Shown here piece by piece: positions 21,086 through 31,698 of a stretch of DNA of 64,000 nucleotides. Position numbers and translations under genes: made by a program. Source of the stretch: Myxococcales bacterium (GTDB lineage Bacteria > Myxococcota_A > UBA9042 > JABWCM01 > BTVJ01); assembly GCA_045863395.1 (NCBI GenBank), contig BTVJ01000001.1, positions 128,001 to 192,000 of the forward strand, in the 5' to 3' direction. Positions within the stretch are counted from its first letter, which is position 1. Every line of letters starts with the position of its first letter. The notes under the pieces were generated by a model. It worked only from the letters and a program-made list of their open reading frames with translations, did not search any database and was not told the DNA's origin.

Positions 21086-22107
21086 CACCCCTCCTCGCGC
21101 AGGCCATGACCCCGGAGGCCAGCATCAGCGTCGCGCTGATCGCCGGGCTCGTCTTGATCGGGCTCATCTTCTTCTTCTACTTCGTGCCCGTGCGCCTCTG
21201 GATCGCCGCATGGAGCTCCGGGGCGCCCGTCGGCATCATCACGCTCATCGCCATGCGGCTTCGGCGCGTGTCGCCCGCCGCCATCGTCAACCCGTTGATC
21301 AACGCCACCAAGGCGGGGCTCGGACTGTCCACGGACCAGCTCGAGAGCCACTACCTGGCCGGCGGTCGGGTCAACGAGGTGGTCATGGCGCTGATCAGCG
21401 CCAACAAGGCCAACATCCAGCTCGACTTCAACAAGGCCGCGGCCATCGACCTCGCCGGGCGCAACGTGCACGAGGCCGTCCAGATGAGCGTGAACCCGAA
21501 GGTGGTCACGACGCCGCGGGTCTCGGCGGTCGCCAAGGACGGCATCCAGCTCGTGGTCATGGCGCGGGTGACCCTGCGGGCGAACATCGACAAGCTGGTG
21601 GGCGGCGCCGGGGAGGAGACCATCGTCGCCCGCGTGGGCGAGGGCATCGTGTCGACCATCGGCTCTGCCGAGAGCTACGAGAAGGTGCTGGAGAACCCGG
21701 ACATCATCTCCAAGACCGTGCTCTCCAAGGGCCTGGACGTGGGCACAGCCTACCAGATCCTCTCCATCGACATCGCGGACGTGGACGTCGGTGAGAACGT
21801 GGGCGCCAAGCTCCAGACGGAGCAGGCCGACGCGGACAAGCGCATCGCCCAGGCCCGCGCGGAGGGGCGCCGCGCCATGGCCGTGGCGGAGGAGCAGGAG
21901 ATGGCGGCCCGCGTCAAGGAGATGCGGGCCCGCGTCATCGAGGCGGAGAGCAAGATCCCGCTGGCCATCGCGGAGGCCTTCCGCAGCGGCAACCTCGGCG
22001 TCATGGACTACTACAACCTGAAGAACATCCAGGCGGACACCCAGATGCGGAGCGCCATCGGCACCCCGGAGAGCGGCCGGAAGGACAACCAGGATGAGCA
22101 GGCCTGA
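21082..22107 (+). CDS. floA: Flotillin-like protein FloA (YqfA family)
   Basis: [64 protein letters not shown] overlap with nfeD. Confidence 0.94.
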   Translation: MTPLLAQAMTPEASISVALIAGLVLIGLIFFFYFVPVRLWIAAWSSGAPVGIITLIAMRLRRVSPAAIVNPLINATKAGLGLSTDQLESHYLAGGRVNEVVMALISANKANIQLDFNKAAAIDLAGRNVHEAVQMSVNPKVVTTPRVSAVAKDGIQLVVMARVTLRANIDKLVGGAGEETIVARVGEGIVSTIGSAESYEKVLENPDIISKTVLSKGLDVGTAYQILSIDIADVDVGENVGAKLQTEQADADKRIAQARAEGRRAMAVAEEQEMAARVKEMRARVIEAESKIPLAIAEAFRSGNLGVMDYYNLKNIQADTQMRSAIGTPESGRKDNQDEQA

Positions 22108-22242
22108 GCCGAAGCCCGTTGAGGCGGACGTGCGGGACCTGCGGCGGCGTCTGGTCCTTGCCGTGGTGCTCGGGCCCCCGCGCGCCCTGGCGCCGGTGCT
22201 TGGGCGCCCGCTCCCGGCGGCGCCACGGCCGGGTGGGCCCCG

Positions 22243-22701
22243 ATGAGTCCCCTCGGCAGCGAGCCGGCCCTGGTGCTGGCTGGGTTTGACGTCGATGACC
22301 TGATCACCATCGCGATCCTCCTCCTCTATGTGCTGCCCAACATCATCAGCGCCATCCGCAAGCGCCTGGCCCCAGAGACGGAGGCGCCACGCGAGGAGGT
22401 CCCGGAGGAACAGGCTGACCCGCTCGAGGCGCTGCGCCGGCGCATAGAGGAGCTGACCCGGGGCATCGAGGCCCGGCAGGCGCCGCCGGTCCAGGCGGTC
22501 GAGGCGGTCGAGGCGCCGCCTCCCCCGCGCTCCGAGCGGGTCCGTGAAGAAATGCCGCCTCCCCCCGTCGTTGGCCGCCGCTCGCGCCCCGGTCACGCCG
22601 AGGCGCTCACCGCGGCCGACGTCCGAGCCGCCGTGATCACACGGACGGCGCTGCTGCCGCCGCCCTCCGTGAGAGCAGCCCCCTGGCGACGTCACATCTG
22701 A
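22243..22701 (+). CDS. Hypothetical membrane protein, third gene of the nfeD-floA operon (YqfB-like position); start uncertain
   Basis: N-terminal TM, low-complexity middle, C-terminal DVRAAVI...LL.PP resembling the nfeD-floA partner proteins. Confidence 0.55.
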   Translation: MSPLGSEPALVLAGFDVDDLITIAILLLYVLPNIISAIRKRLAPETEAPREEVPEEQADPLEALRRRIEELTRGIEARQAPPVQAVEAVEAPPPPRSERVREEMPPPPVVGRRSRPGHAEALTAADVRAAVITRTALLPPPSVRAAPWRRHI

Positions 22702-22736
22702 CTGCACCGGGCGCGACGCGCCCTTGAGAGGACCCC

Positions 22737-23672
22737 ATGACTCGGCGCACCCTGGCCCTCCTGACCCTCGCGCTGCCCGCGCTGCTCACGATAGCACCTG
22801 CGCACGCGGCCCCGCTCAACGACCTCTTCGACCGCCTCCCGACCGGCGCCCGCACGGCCATCGCCATCGACGTGGCGGCCTTGCGGGCCTCCAAGCACTT
22901 CAACCAGGTCATCGCGGTGCTGGAGTCGGTCGACGAGGTGCGCTCCGTGCGCCTCGGGCCCGACTCGGGCCTGAGCCCTGCCACAGACCTCGACGCCATC
23001 GCCATGGTCGTCATGCTGGACGGCCGCGGCGTGGCCGCGGTGCGAGGAAAGAAGCTCGACGCCAAGAAGGCCCGCACCTACCTGACGAAGCGGGGCAAGG
23101 GCAAGCTGGACGAGCGCAAGGTAGACGGCGGCGTCATCCTCCAGAGCGCGGGCGGGCCGTCCGTCGCCTTCCTCGGCGACCAGATGGCGTTGGTCGGCCC
23201 GAGCGACCTGGTGGGGAAGGCCCTGGGAGTGAAGCCCGGCAAGCGGGAGCCGGTGCTCCGCGCCGGCAGCCTGGCGTACCTGCACAAGGCGGCGCCCAAG
23301 GACGCGCCCTTCTGGGCCATCGGCGCCACCCAGGTCGCGGACCGGGAGCGGCTCAAGAAGGCGGGCCGAACCATCGTCGCGGGCGTGGCCAACTACTCCG
23401 TGCGCGGCGACCTCGGGTCGGACCTGACGGTGACCACCACCGCAACCTGCACATCAGAGAAGGCCTGCACGACCCTCGGCGAGTCCATCGAGGGCAAGCT
23501 GAACGAGCTCAAGTCGGCCATGACGCTCAAGCTGCTGGGCGTGGCCGCGTACCTGGACAAGGTCTCCCTCGCCCAGAGCGCGGACAAGCTGACGCTCAAG
23601 GTGGACCTCGACGACTCGTCGCTCGGCGTGCTCCTCGCCGTGGGGCCGCGGCTCTACAAGGCGTTTCGCTGA
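22737..23672 (+). CDS. Hypothetical secreted Lys-rich protein
   Basis: GAGG RBS, signal peptide ending AHA, strong coding bias; no function recognised. Confidence 0.7.
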   Translation: MTRRTLALLTLALPALLTIAPAHAAPLNDLFDRLPTGARTAIAIDVAALRASKHFNQVIAVLESVDEVRSVRLGPDSGLSPATDLDAIAMVVMLDGRGVAAVRGKKLDAKKARTYLTKRGKGKLDERKVDGGVILQSAGGPSVAFLGDQMALVGPSDLVGKALGVKPGKREPVLRAGSLAYLHKAAPKDAPFWAIGATQVADRERLKKAGRTIVAGVANYSVRGDLGSDLTVTTTATCTSEKACTTLGESIEGKLNELKSAMTLKLLGVAAYLDKVSLAQSADKLTLKVDLDDSSLGVLLAVGPRLYKAFR

Positions 23673-23687
23673 CCGCTTCCTGTCGCG

Positions 23688-25502
23688 CTAGAGAGCGGGC
23701 ACGGAGGGCTCCTCACCAGGGACCTTCGACGTCTTGGAGTCGTCGCCCACGGCTGGAACCGAGAAGGTCCCGGAGCCGACGACCGGGACCTCGGTCTCCC
23801 GTCGAGGGGGCAGGCCGGGCTCGCGCTGTTCGCTCGGTTGCGGCTGTGCGTCACTTGCAGGCGGCGCCGGAGCCACCATCGACGGGCCACCCTGCCGACC
23901 CCTGCCAGACCGCCGCCCTTGCAGCGCTGACTCCGACAAGGGCCCAGCAGCCTTCGCCGCCGACGCCGAGCCCTGCGTCGGAGCGTCGTCCGTAAACACC
24001 GGCGACAGGTCGATGGTCAACCGCGCCTCCTGCGCCCCGTCCGCCACGCGCAACGGCATTGGGGCGGTGACGGTCGTGCCAAGGCGGAAGCGGACGCTAT
24101 AGGGCAGCGCCGCGGCAGGCACGTTGAGGACCAGCGGCGTGAGCCCCATGGACGGGCCGTCGTCGCGGGCGTCGGCGGCGAGCACGTCGAGCTGGGTCGG
24201 CACCGTGTGGAGGTCGATGTGCACCAGGGCCACCGCCGCAGGCTGGGGCGCTGGCGGAGGATCGACGAGTGGAGCAGCAGCCGGCTCCGCAGACGGCACC
24301 ACTTGAGGCGCGATGTCCGGGCCGGCCGGCGCGGCGGCGGGCGCCCCGCGCGTCTCTGGCGCGGTCGACGCCTTGATCGTGATGGCCTCGCCGCTGGGAG
24401 CACCGCCGGGTCCTGTCTCGGGACGCGGAGCCCCCGACAAGGCGGCGCCAGACTCCGGAGGGGCGGGACCGGCAGCCTGCTCGCGCCCGAGCCCGTACCA
24501 GAGGGCCGCGCCGGCAAGGAGCGCGGCGAGGCCTCCCAGGGCAACTGCCGCCGGCTTCATCCGCCGCGGAGTCGCGACCAGTGGCTCCTCCCGCGTCCGG
24601 CCCGTCAGGTCCAGGCTCCTGGCCACGCGGTCCAGATCGGCCGCCATGGCCTCGGCGCTCTGGTAGCGGTCATCCGGCGCCTTGGCCATGGCCTTGCGCA
24701 GCACCGGCCAGAGCGCCTTGGGGCACACGTCGCGGCCGAGCTGCGGTGGCGCCTCGTTGACGTGCTTGTAGAGGACCGCCATGGGGTCGGCGCCGAGGAA
24801 GGGGTACTTCATGGCGAGCAGGCGGTAGAAGATCACGCCGAGGGAGTAGATGTCGGCGCGGTGGTCGACCCGCTCCCCGGCGATCTGCTCGGGCGGCATC
24901 GTCTTCGGGCTGCCCAGGATGAGGCCCGTCCGCGTGAAGCGCTCCTCCTCGCCCAGCTCGTCCTCGGCCAGGATCTTCGCGATCCCGAAGTCGAGCACCT
25001 TCACGATGTCCCGTGAGAGTCCGCGCGAGACCAGCATGAGGTTCTCGGTCTTGAGGTCGCGGTGGACGATCTTGTGGGCGTGGGCGAGCGCCAGGGCGTC
25101 GAGGGTCTGACGCACGATGGAGACGGCCTCGGCCGCCGAGAACGCGCCCGCCTCCTTCAGGCGGGCCGACAGGGTGCTGCCCTCGACGTACTCCATCACC
25201 ATGTACGGGATGCCCTCGTGGGTGCCGTACTCGTACATGTCGACGATGTTGGGGTGGCGGAGGCTCGCTACGAGCCGCGCCTCCTGCTCGAAGCGCTGGA
25301 CGACGGCCGGCGTCAGGCGGTCGCCCACGTTGAGGAACTTGATCGCCACCTCGCGGTTCAGCGTCGTCTGACGAGCGGCATGGACGGTGCCCATGCCCCC
25401 GCGGCCGATGCGGCGCCCTACCACGTACCTCCCACCGACGAGCGCGCCCTCCAGAGACCCGGGCTCCTTCGGAACAGGTGGGGGCTTCATCTCGTGGCTC
25501 AT
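23688..25502 (-). CDS. Membrane Ser/Thr protein kinase (Hanks type)
   Basis: IGRGGMGTV, VAIK, HRDLKTEN, VKVLDFG, PPEQ, DIYSLG; TM helix and Pro/Ala-rich extracytoplasmic tail; GGAGG RBS. Confidence 0.93.
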   Translation of the reverse strand: MSHEMKPPPVPKEPGSLEGALVGGRYVVGRRIGRGGMGTVHAARQTTLNREVAIKFLNVGDRLTPAVVQRFEQEARLVASLRHPNIVDMYEYGTHEGIPYMVMEYVEGSTLSARLKEAGAFSAAEAVSIVRQTLDALALAHAHKIVHRDLKTENLMLVSRGLSRDIVKVLDFGIAKILAEDELGEEERFTRTGLILGSPKTMPPEQIAGERVDHRADIYSLGVIFYRLLAMKYPFLGADPMAVLYKHVNEAPPQLGRDVCPKALWPVLRKAMAKAPDDRYQSAEAMAADLDRVARSLDLTGRTREEPLVATPRRMKPAAVALGGLAALLAGAALWYGLGREQAAGPAPPESGAALSGAPRPETGPGGAPSGEAITIKASTAPETRGAPAAAPAGPDIAPQVVPSAEPAAAPLVDPPPAPQPAAVALVHIDLHTVPTQLDVLAADARDDGPSMGLTPLVLNVPAAALPYSVRFRLGTTVTAPMPLRVADGAQEARLTIDLSPVFTDDAPTQGSASAAKAAGPLSESALQGRRSGRGRQGGPSMVAPAPPASDAQPQPSEQREPGLPPRRETEVPVVGSGTFSVPAVGDDSKTSKVPGEEPSVPAL

Positions 25503-25522
25503 CGGGCCTCCGCGGGCTCGAA

Positions 25523-26296
25523 TCAGAAGGAGCCCTGCGCGGCGACGCCGAACCAGTCTGCGCCCCCTGTGGGCAGCGCGGCCACCGGCTCGCCGTCGCC
25601 GAGCGCGAAGAACAGGACCGTGCCGGTGACCACGCTCGCCAAGCCGACTCCCAGCGTGATGTCCGTGACCAGGGCGTAGGTGCGGACGCTGTCCTGGTGG
25701 CTCTCCTGGTCGCTGCGCGCCGTGGCCTTGCCGAACTTGTCGTACTCGTCGAGCGCCAGACCCCCGAAGACACCGGCGGTCACCAAGGCCGCCCCGCCGA
25801 TGCCGATGAGCGTCCATTCGAGGGCGCGGCTGCGGCTGGCAGAGGGTTGGCGCGCCGAGATGCCAGGGTCGGGCGCGTCGTCGGCGACCGGCACGCGGAC
25901 CGGCGAGCGCCCGGGATCCTGCGCGGCACGCAGCGCCATCTCGTCGCGCAGCGCCTGGAGGTGCTTGAGCGCCCGCGTCCGCTCGCTCGCCTCGCTCCCG
26001 GGGAGCGCCAGGAACCGCTCGAAGGCCGTGATCGCCTCCTCGTTCCGGCCGAGCTTCTCAAGGCACCGCGCGACGTTGAACACGAGGTTTGGGACCTCGC
26101 GAATCGCACGGGCCGCCTGGAATGCCTCCAGCGCCTCGGCGAAACGCTCCGCCGTGAACGCCTCGATCCCCACCCCGACGTGGCGCTTGAACGCCTCCTC
26201 CCTGGCGTCCTCGGGCCCAGAAGGAGCTTGGGCCGAGGCCATGGGCGCAGTCGCCACCACGAGCCCAAGGACGCATGCGCGCATCAACCCGTGCAT
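25523..26296 (-). CDS. Secreted/membrane TPR protein (myxobacterial TPR/PEGA-type)
   Basis: Signal peptide, TPR P.LVFNVARCLEKLGR.EEAI..FERFL, C-terminal hydrophobic hairpin ending QGSF; GGAGG RBS. Confidence 0.82.
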   Translation of the reverse strand: MHGLMRACVLGLVVATAPMASAQAPSGPEDAREEAFKRHVGVGIEAFTAERFAEALEAFQAARAIREVPNLVFNVARCLEKLGRNEEAITAFERFLALPGSEASERTRALKHLQALRDEMALRAAQDPGRSPVRVPVADDAPDPGISARQPSASRSRALEWTLIGIGGAALVTAGVFGGLALDEYDKFGKATARSDQESHQDSVRTYALVTDITLGVGLASVVTGTVLFFALGDGEPVAALPTGGADWFGVAAQGSF

Positions 26297-26426
26297 GTCA
26301 CACTGCCTCCTTGTCCGGCGAAGTGCGCTCCACCGAAGCCGCTCACCGGGGGAGCCGACCCGGCGAAATGGGGCGACGACTCCGGCCCCTCGCCCGGACG
26401 CATCGGAGCCCGCCGGTCACGGGGGC

Positions 26427-27680
26427 TCACTTGTCCCCCGGGCAACTGCCGGGCACGACACCAGGGGTCGGCTTGCCATCGACGTCGTCGCCGACCACGC
26501 CCTGCACGAACCAGCACATGCGGAGCAGCTCGGCGTCGGTGAACTGCTTGCCGGCGCCGAGCCGCTCCTTCCCCGCCGTGTCCTTGATGGGGCCCGGGAA
26601 GGGGAGCTGCTGTCCCTTCACACCGGGCTCCGCCAGCTTGGGGATGAGGCCCTCGATCTCCAGCCGCGTGGCGGTGGGGACGATGTCCGTGTTCATCTCC
26701 GAGAGGTAGACGATGCTCTCCTTCGGATCGCTCTTCATCTGCTCCCAGATGGGGTCCGTCGAGTCCCAGGTGCCGTCGACCATCTGCCCCAGAATGCGGG
26801 CGAGGAGGGGCCCCCAGTTCCAGTACGCCGACGCCATGCAGGTCTTGGGGGCAAATTTGCAGCTATCGGGGTTGTCGTAACCGATGGAGTACACCGGACC
26901 GCCGTCGCTCGCCTTCAGGGTCGACGACACCTCCAAGGGGACGGTGGTGTCGGTCGAGCCCAGGATGATGTCGGCGCCCGCGTCGACCAGCGCCTTGGTC
27001 GCAGCGGCCTCCTCGTCGGGCGCGAACCACGCGTTGACCCACCGCACGTGCACGACGGCGTCCGGGTTGACGGCGCGCACGCCCATGGTGAAGGCGTTGA
27101 TGTGCCGCACGGTCTCGGGGATGACGACCGGGCCCACGATGCCGATGCGGTTGGTGCGCGTCATGCGACCGGCGAGCTGCCCGGCCATCCACTTCACCTG
27201 GTACATGCGCCCGAAGTACGAGCCCAGGTTCGGCGACGTGACGAAGCCCGAGCAGATGAGAAATTGCGCTCCCGGGTTGTTGGCGGCCTTGCTCTGCACG
27301 GGGACCAGGAAGTCGTAGCTTGTCCCGACGATGACGTTGTGTCCCTGCTCCAGCAGGTCGTCGATCACGGCCGGGGCGTCCACCGCGCTGACGGAGGGCG
27401 CAAAGCTGGTCTCGATGCCCGGGACCTTCGACTCCAGGTACTTGCGGCTCAGATCGTGGGTGAGCGTCCACCCGTGGTCACCCACCGGGCCCACGTACAC
27501 GAAGCCCACCTTGGGCGGGCCGGAGAGCTTGCCGGTCCCAGCCGCGTCGCTGGAACCAGCGGCGGTGTCGACCTGGGCCTTCGTGTCCTGGTCGCTGTGG
27601 ATGGTGGGGTCGAGCAGCAGAGAGCAGCGGACGGTCGACAGCGCCAAGCAACAGAGCAGGATCCCTCTAGACGTTGCCAT
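26427..27680 (-). CDS. BMP/PnrA-family substrate-binding lipoprotein
   Basis: GFVYVGPVGDHGWT..H, FGRMYQ...AG.LAG.MT.TN.IG, INAF..G, WF.P..E; signal peptide with Cys. Confidence 0.9.
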   Translation of the reverse strand: MATSRGILLCCLALSTVRCSLLLDPTIHSDQDTKAQVDTAAGSSDAAGTGKLSGPPKVGFVYVGPVGDHGWTLTHDLSRKYLESKVPGIETSFAPSVSAVDAPAVIDDLLEQGHNVIVGTSYDFLVPVQSKAANNPGAQFLICSGFVTSPNLGSYFGRMYQVKWMAGQLAGRMTRTNRIGIVGPVVIPETVRHINAFTMGVRAVNPDAVVHVRWVNAWFAPDEEAAATKALVDAGADIILGSTDTTVPLEVSSTLKASDGGPVYSIGYDNPDSCKFAPKTCMASAYWNWGPLLARILGQMVDGTWDSTDPIWEQMKSDPKESIVYLSEMNTDIVPTATRLEIEGLIPKLAEPGVKGQQLPFPGPIKDTAGKERLGAGKQFTDAELLRMCWFVQGVVGDDVDGKPTPGVVPGSCPGDK

Positions 27681-27852
27681 TCTGCTTGCTCCGGTCCCGA
27701 TCTGGCGGCTCACTATCGCACACGACGGAGTCCCCGACAACGACCCAGTGAGGGGTTCGGCACATCGGGACCCGCACTCCGCGCCCCTGGCCGATGGCGT
27801 CACCCCGGCGCCACCGGGTCGCTGGTGCGGCATCAGGTGGCACACGGTGGAA

Positions 27853-28632
27853 CTAGCCCTTCTGTGCCACGACCACCACGTCCCACGACCAGGGTGCCAA
27901 GGCCGCGACATGCACGACCGGGCGGCGCCGCAGCAGGCGCTTGATGCCTGGGGCGTGGAGGTGGCAGTCGAGGTGCGTGCGCCACAGGCCGGCGGCAGCG
28001 AGGGCCGCGTCGACGGGAGCGAGGGTCCGCAGGGCGTGCGCGTGGAAGCTGGTTCGCGGTGGGGGAAGCCGAAGGCGGACCACGGCGCCGGCGACCCTGG
28101 AGACATCGAGGGCGTAGCGGCCAAACGTGTGGAAGGCGAGGCGACCGCCAGGCGCCAGGACCCGCGCCGCCTCGGCGATGGCCGCGCGGGGCTCCAGGTG
28201 GGCGAAGACCCCGAAGCCCGCCACCACCGCGTCGAAGGCGCCGGCGCGGAACGGGAGGGCGAGGGCGTCCGCCCGCAGGACGGTGTGGCCGCGCCCGGCA
28301 GCCACCGCGAGAGATCGGGCAGAGAGGTCCACCCCCACCAGGCGCTCGACCCGCGGCGCGAGCAGGTCGAGCAGCCGCCCGAAGCCGCAGCCCAGCTCCA
28401 GGGTCGTCGGGCCCGCAGCCTCCAGCAACGGCGCGTCGATGGCCTCGAAGCGCCGCGGATCGCGCGCGGCCTTCCAGAGAGCGCCATCGAGGAGCCCATC
28501 ATACTCCGCGCCGAGGCCCGCCTGCACCGGGTCGGGGCGAGCCTGCCCGCAAGGGCACGGCGCCTCTCCGTTCCACGGCGCGCGGCAGGCGGAGCAGACG
28601 AGCAGCGCGCGGAGCCAGTCGGGGTGGGCCAT
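27853..28632 (-). CDS. Class I SAM-dependent methyltransferase with N-terminal Cys knuckle
   Basis: LELGCGFG, GVDLS, ADALALPF..GAFD, RVLAPGG; N-terminal CSAC...CPC. Confidence 0.85.
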   Translation of the reverse strand: MAHPDWLRALLVCSACRAPWNGEAPCPCGQARPDPVQAGLGAEYDGLLDGALWKAARDPRRFEAIDAPLLEAAGPTTLELGCGFGRLLDLLAPRVERLVGVDLSARSLAVAAGRGHTVLRADALALPFRAGAFDAVVAGFGVFAHLEPRAAIAEAARVLAPGGRLAFHTFGRYALDVSRVAGAVVRLRLPPPRTSFHAHALRTLAPVDAALAAAGLWRTHLDCHLHAPGIKRLLRRRPVVHVAALAPWSWDVVVVAQKG

Positions 28633-28748
28633 GTCCGAATCGTAGTGTAACCCGAACCGACGATGCACGTTTTTGTGACGCACCGCGCAACCGATTACCA
28701 TGCTCGGGCCGCGCACCCTGCGGCTCCAGTACCCCGCCCGGAGGCCCC

Positions 28749-30092
28749 GTGGGAATCACCATCGTCCAGAAGAGCGACCTCTCCCGCCCGAAGAAGCGCA
28801 ACGCGCGCGTCGCGCTCGTCCTCGCAGGCGGTGCCATCAGCGGCGGCGCGTTCAAGCTGGGCGGGCTGATGGCGCTCAGCCACTTCCTCCAGAACCGCCG
28901 CGTCACGGACTTCGACATCTACGTCGGGCTCTCCGCGGGCGCGTTCCTGGCCGCCCCCCTCTCCGCGGGCATCCCGCCCGAGGAGCTGATGCGCAGCCTC
29001 ACCGGCGAGAGCGAGAAGATCACCCAGTTCCGCCCATGGGACTTCTACGTGCCCAACTACAAGGAGTTCGTGGGGAAGCCGGCCAAGCTGCTCAAGGACG
29101 CCGTCGCCTTCGGGCCGCAGGCCGCCGGGGTCATCTGGCGCTACGTGGCCCGCCACTCGCGCGAGCTGCGCGCGCTGGGGCGCCGCTTCGCCGAGGCGCC
29201 CACCACGCTGAACCTGGAGCGCCTGCTGACGCCCGTCATCCGGGAGGTCCTGCGCTCGAGCGACCTGCCCCACGGCTTCAGCTACCTGCCCGCGGGGCTG
29301 TTCGATAACGCGCGCATCGAGAAGTTCATCCGCAAGAACCTGGAGCGAAACGGCCTGCCCAACAACTTCCGCCTGCTCCACCTCGACCGAGGGAGCTCCC
29401 TCTACATCAGCGCCACGAACCTGAACACGGCCCAGGGGGTGGTCTTCGGCCACGACGAGGACACGTCGGCGACCATCAGCGAGGCCGTTCAGGCGTCCAC
29501 CGCCATCCCCGGCTTCTTCAAGCCGGCGCGCATCAACGGCGTGGACTACCTGGACGCTGGCGTGCGCAAGACCGCCAACATCTCGACCGCCGTGCGAAAA
29601 GGGGCGGACCTGGTCATCGCCTACAACCCCTTCCGGCCCTTCGCGAACTTCTATGCGGAGGGGCTCTTGGGTGGGTTCCGGAGCATCGGCGACATGGGCA
29701 TGGTCACGGTGCTCAACCAGGCCTTCCGCATGCTGCTCCACTCCCGCCTGCGCCTCGGCATCGAGAAGCTGCGCCTCGACAACAACTTCCGGGGGGACGT
29801 GATCCTCATCGAGCCGACCGAGACCGACTCCAAGTTCTTCGAGATCAACCCGCTCGACTTCTGGAAGCGCGCCGACGCGGCCGAGCACGGCTTCATGAGC
29901 ACCAAGGAGAGCCTGGAGCGGCACTACCCGCAGCTCGTCCGAATCTTCCGCGCCTACGACCTGGACGTGAGCCTGGACAGCATGCGGGAGGCCGCGGCGG
30001 CCATCCGCACGACGGAGCCCGACGACGACGCGCTGCTCACGCTGCTCGAGCCCCGCCCCGTGCCCAACCAGCCGCTGCGCGTGGTCCGGTAG
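28749..30092 (+). CDS. Patatin-like phospholipase/esterase
   Basis: LVLAGGAISG, GLSAG nucleophile, AS.AIPGFF.P, DAG; GGAGG RBS and GTG start. Confidence 0.9.
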   Translation: MGITIVQKSDLSRPKKRNARVALVLAGGAISGGAFKLGGLMALSHFLQNRRVTDFDIYVGLSAGAFLAAPLSAGIPPEELMRSLTGESEKITQFRPWDFYVPNYKEFVGKPAKLLKDAVAFGPQAAGVIWRYVARHSRELRALGRRFAEAPTTLNLERLLTPVIREVLRSSDLPHGFSYLPAGLFDNARIEKFIRKNLERNGLPNNFRLLHLDRGSSLYISATNLNTAQGVVFGHDEDTSATISEAVQASTAIPGFFKPARINGVDYLDAGVRKTANISTAVRKGADLVIAYNPFRPFANFYAEGLLGGFRSIGDMGMVTVLNQAFRMLLHSRLRLGIEKLRLDNNFRGDVILIEPTETDSKFFEINPLDFWKRADAAEHGFMSTKESLERHYPQLVRIFRAYDLDVSLDSMREAAAAIRTTEPDDDALLTLLEPRPVPNQPLRVVR

Positions 30093-31610
30093 TCAGCCCA
30101 GGCGCTTCGGCGCGTCCCCCATGGTCGGCATGACGAACTCGGCGCCCGCGCGGATCCCCGTTGGCCAGCGCCCCGTCACGGTCTTGAGCCGGGTGTAGAA
30201 GCCGACGCCCTCGGCGCCGTAGACGTTGCGGTCGCCGAAGAGGGAGCGCTTCCAGCCGCCGAAGGAGTGGAAGGCCATGGGGACGGGGATGGGCACGTTC
30301 ACCCCGACCATGCCCACCTGGACGCCGTTCACGAAGGCGCGGGCGGCGTCCCCGTCCCGGGTGAAGATGGCACCGCCGTTGCCGTACTCGTGGTCGTTGA
30401 CCAGCCGCAGCGCCGACTCGAAGTCCGGGGCACGGACCACGCAGAGCACGGGCCCGAAGATCTCTTCCTTGTAGATGCGCATGGTCGGCGCGACGTGGTC
30501 GAAGAGGCACCCGCCCAGGAAGAACCCCTCCTCGCAGCCCTCGACGCGGATGCCCCGGCCATCCACCAGCAGAGAGGCGCCCTCCGCGACTCCCGTGTCC
30601 AGGTACGAGCGCACCTTCGCCAGGTGCTCGCGAGTGACCAGAGGGCCCATCTCGGCGCCCGGCTCCGTACCGGTGGCGACCTTGAGCGAGCGCACCCGGG
30701 GGATCAGGCGCTCGACGAGCACGTCACCGATGGGCCCCACCGCGACGGCCACTGAGATCGCCATGCAGCGCTCCCCCGCCGAGCCGTAGGCGGCGCCGAT
30801 GAGCGCGTCCACCGCCTGGTCCAGATCCGCGTCCGGCATGACGATCATGTGGTTCTTGGCGCCGCACAGCGCCTGGACCCGCTTCCCGTGCGCGGTCCCC
30901 GTCCGGTAGATGTGCTCGCCGACCGCGGTGGAGCCCACGAAGCTGATGGCGGCGACGTCCGGGTGGGTCAGCAGGCCGTCGACGGCCACCCGGTCCCCGT
31001 TGAGCACGTTGAGCACGCCGGGGGGGGCGCCCGCCTCGTGCAGCAGCTCGGCGACGCGCATGGGGCACGACGGGTCCTTCTCGCTGGGCTTGAGAACGAA
31101 AGTGTTGCCGCAGGCGATGGCCAGGGGGAACATCCAGAGGGGCACCATGGCGGGGAAGTTGAACGGGGTGATGCCCGCGCACACGCCGACCGGCTGGCGG
31201 ATGGACCAGGAGTCGATGCCGCGCCCGACCCCCTCGGTGAAGTCCCCGCGCAGCAGGTGTGGGATGCCGCAGGCGAACTCGACCACCTCGATGCCGCGGG
31301 TGACCGAGCCCCGGGCGTCGTCCACGGTCTTGCCGTGCTCGGCGGTCACGAGGTGCGCCAGCTCGTCCCGGTGCTGCTCCAGCAGCTCGCGGAAGCGGAA
31401 CATCACCCGCGCGCGCTGGAGCGGCGGGGTCGCAGCCCAGCCCGGGAGCGCCTCCCGCGCCGCGGCGACGGCGGCGTCGATGTCCGCCTGGTCGGCGAAG
31501 GCCACCTGCGCCGCGCGGCGGCCGGTGGCTGGGTCGTAGACGTCCCCGCGACGGGCACTTTCTGCGACGGTGCGGCCACCGATCAGGTGACCGATCATGC
31601 GCTCACTCAT
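30093..31610 (-). CDS. mmsA: CoA-acylating methylmalonate-semialdehyde dehydrogenase
   Basis: [60 protein letters not shown]. Confidence 0.95.
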   Translation of the reverse strand: MSERMIGHLIGGRTVAESARRGDVYDPATGRRAAQVAFADQADIDAAVAAAREALPGWAATPPLQRARVMFRFRELLEQHRDELAHLVTAEHGKTVDDARGSVTRGIEVVEFACGIPHLLRGDFTEGVGRGIDSWSIRQPVGVCAGITPFNFPAMVPLWMFPLAIACGNTFVLKPSEKDPSCPMRVAELLHEAGAPPGVLNVLNGDRVAVDGLLTHPDVAAISFVGSTAVGEHIYRTGTAHGKRVQALCGAKNHMIVMPDADLDQAVDALIGAAYGSAGERCMAISVAVAVGPIGDVLVERLIPRVRSLKVATGTEPGAEMGPLVTREHLAKVRSYLDTGVAEGASLLVDGRGIRVEGCEEGFFLGGCLFDHVAPTMRIYKEEIFGPVLCVVRAPDFESALRLVNDHEYGNGGAIFTRDGDAARAFVNGVQVGMVGVNVPIPVPMAFHSFGGWKRSLFGDRNVYGAEGVGFYTRLKTVTGRWPTGIRAGAEFVMPTMGDAPKRLG

Positions 31611-31698
31611 GGGTCCTCCTCCAAATCGGCCGCACAAGGGGCGACCGCGGTGAGCGTGCCCCAAGGGCGGCAGGATCTCAAGAGGAGGAGCGCGCGGA

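Noticed and set aside
28674..28689. CRP-like site TGTGA-N6-GCGCA between the methyltransferase and patatin genes
   Set aside because: Only one half-site matches, which is too weak without comparative support.
28749..30092. Patatin as an anti-phage (CBASS CapV-like) effector
   Set aside because: No cyclase or other defence genes are nearby, and it resembles stand-alone lipid-metabolism patatins.
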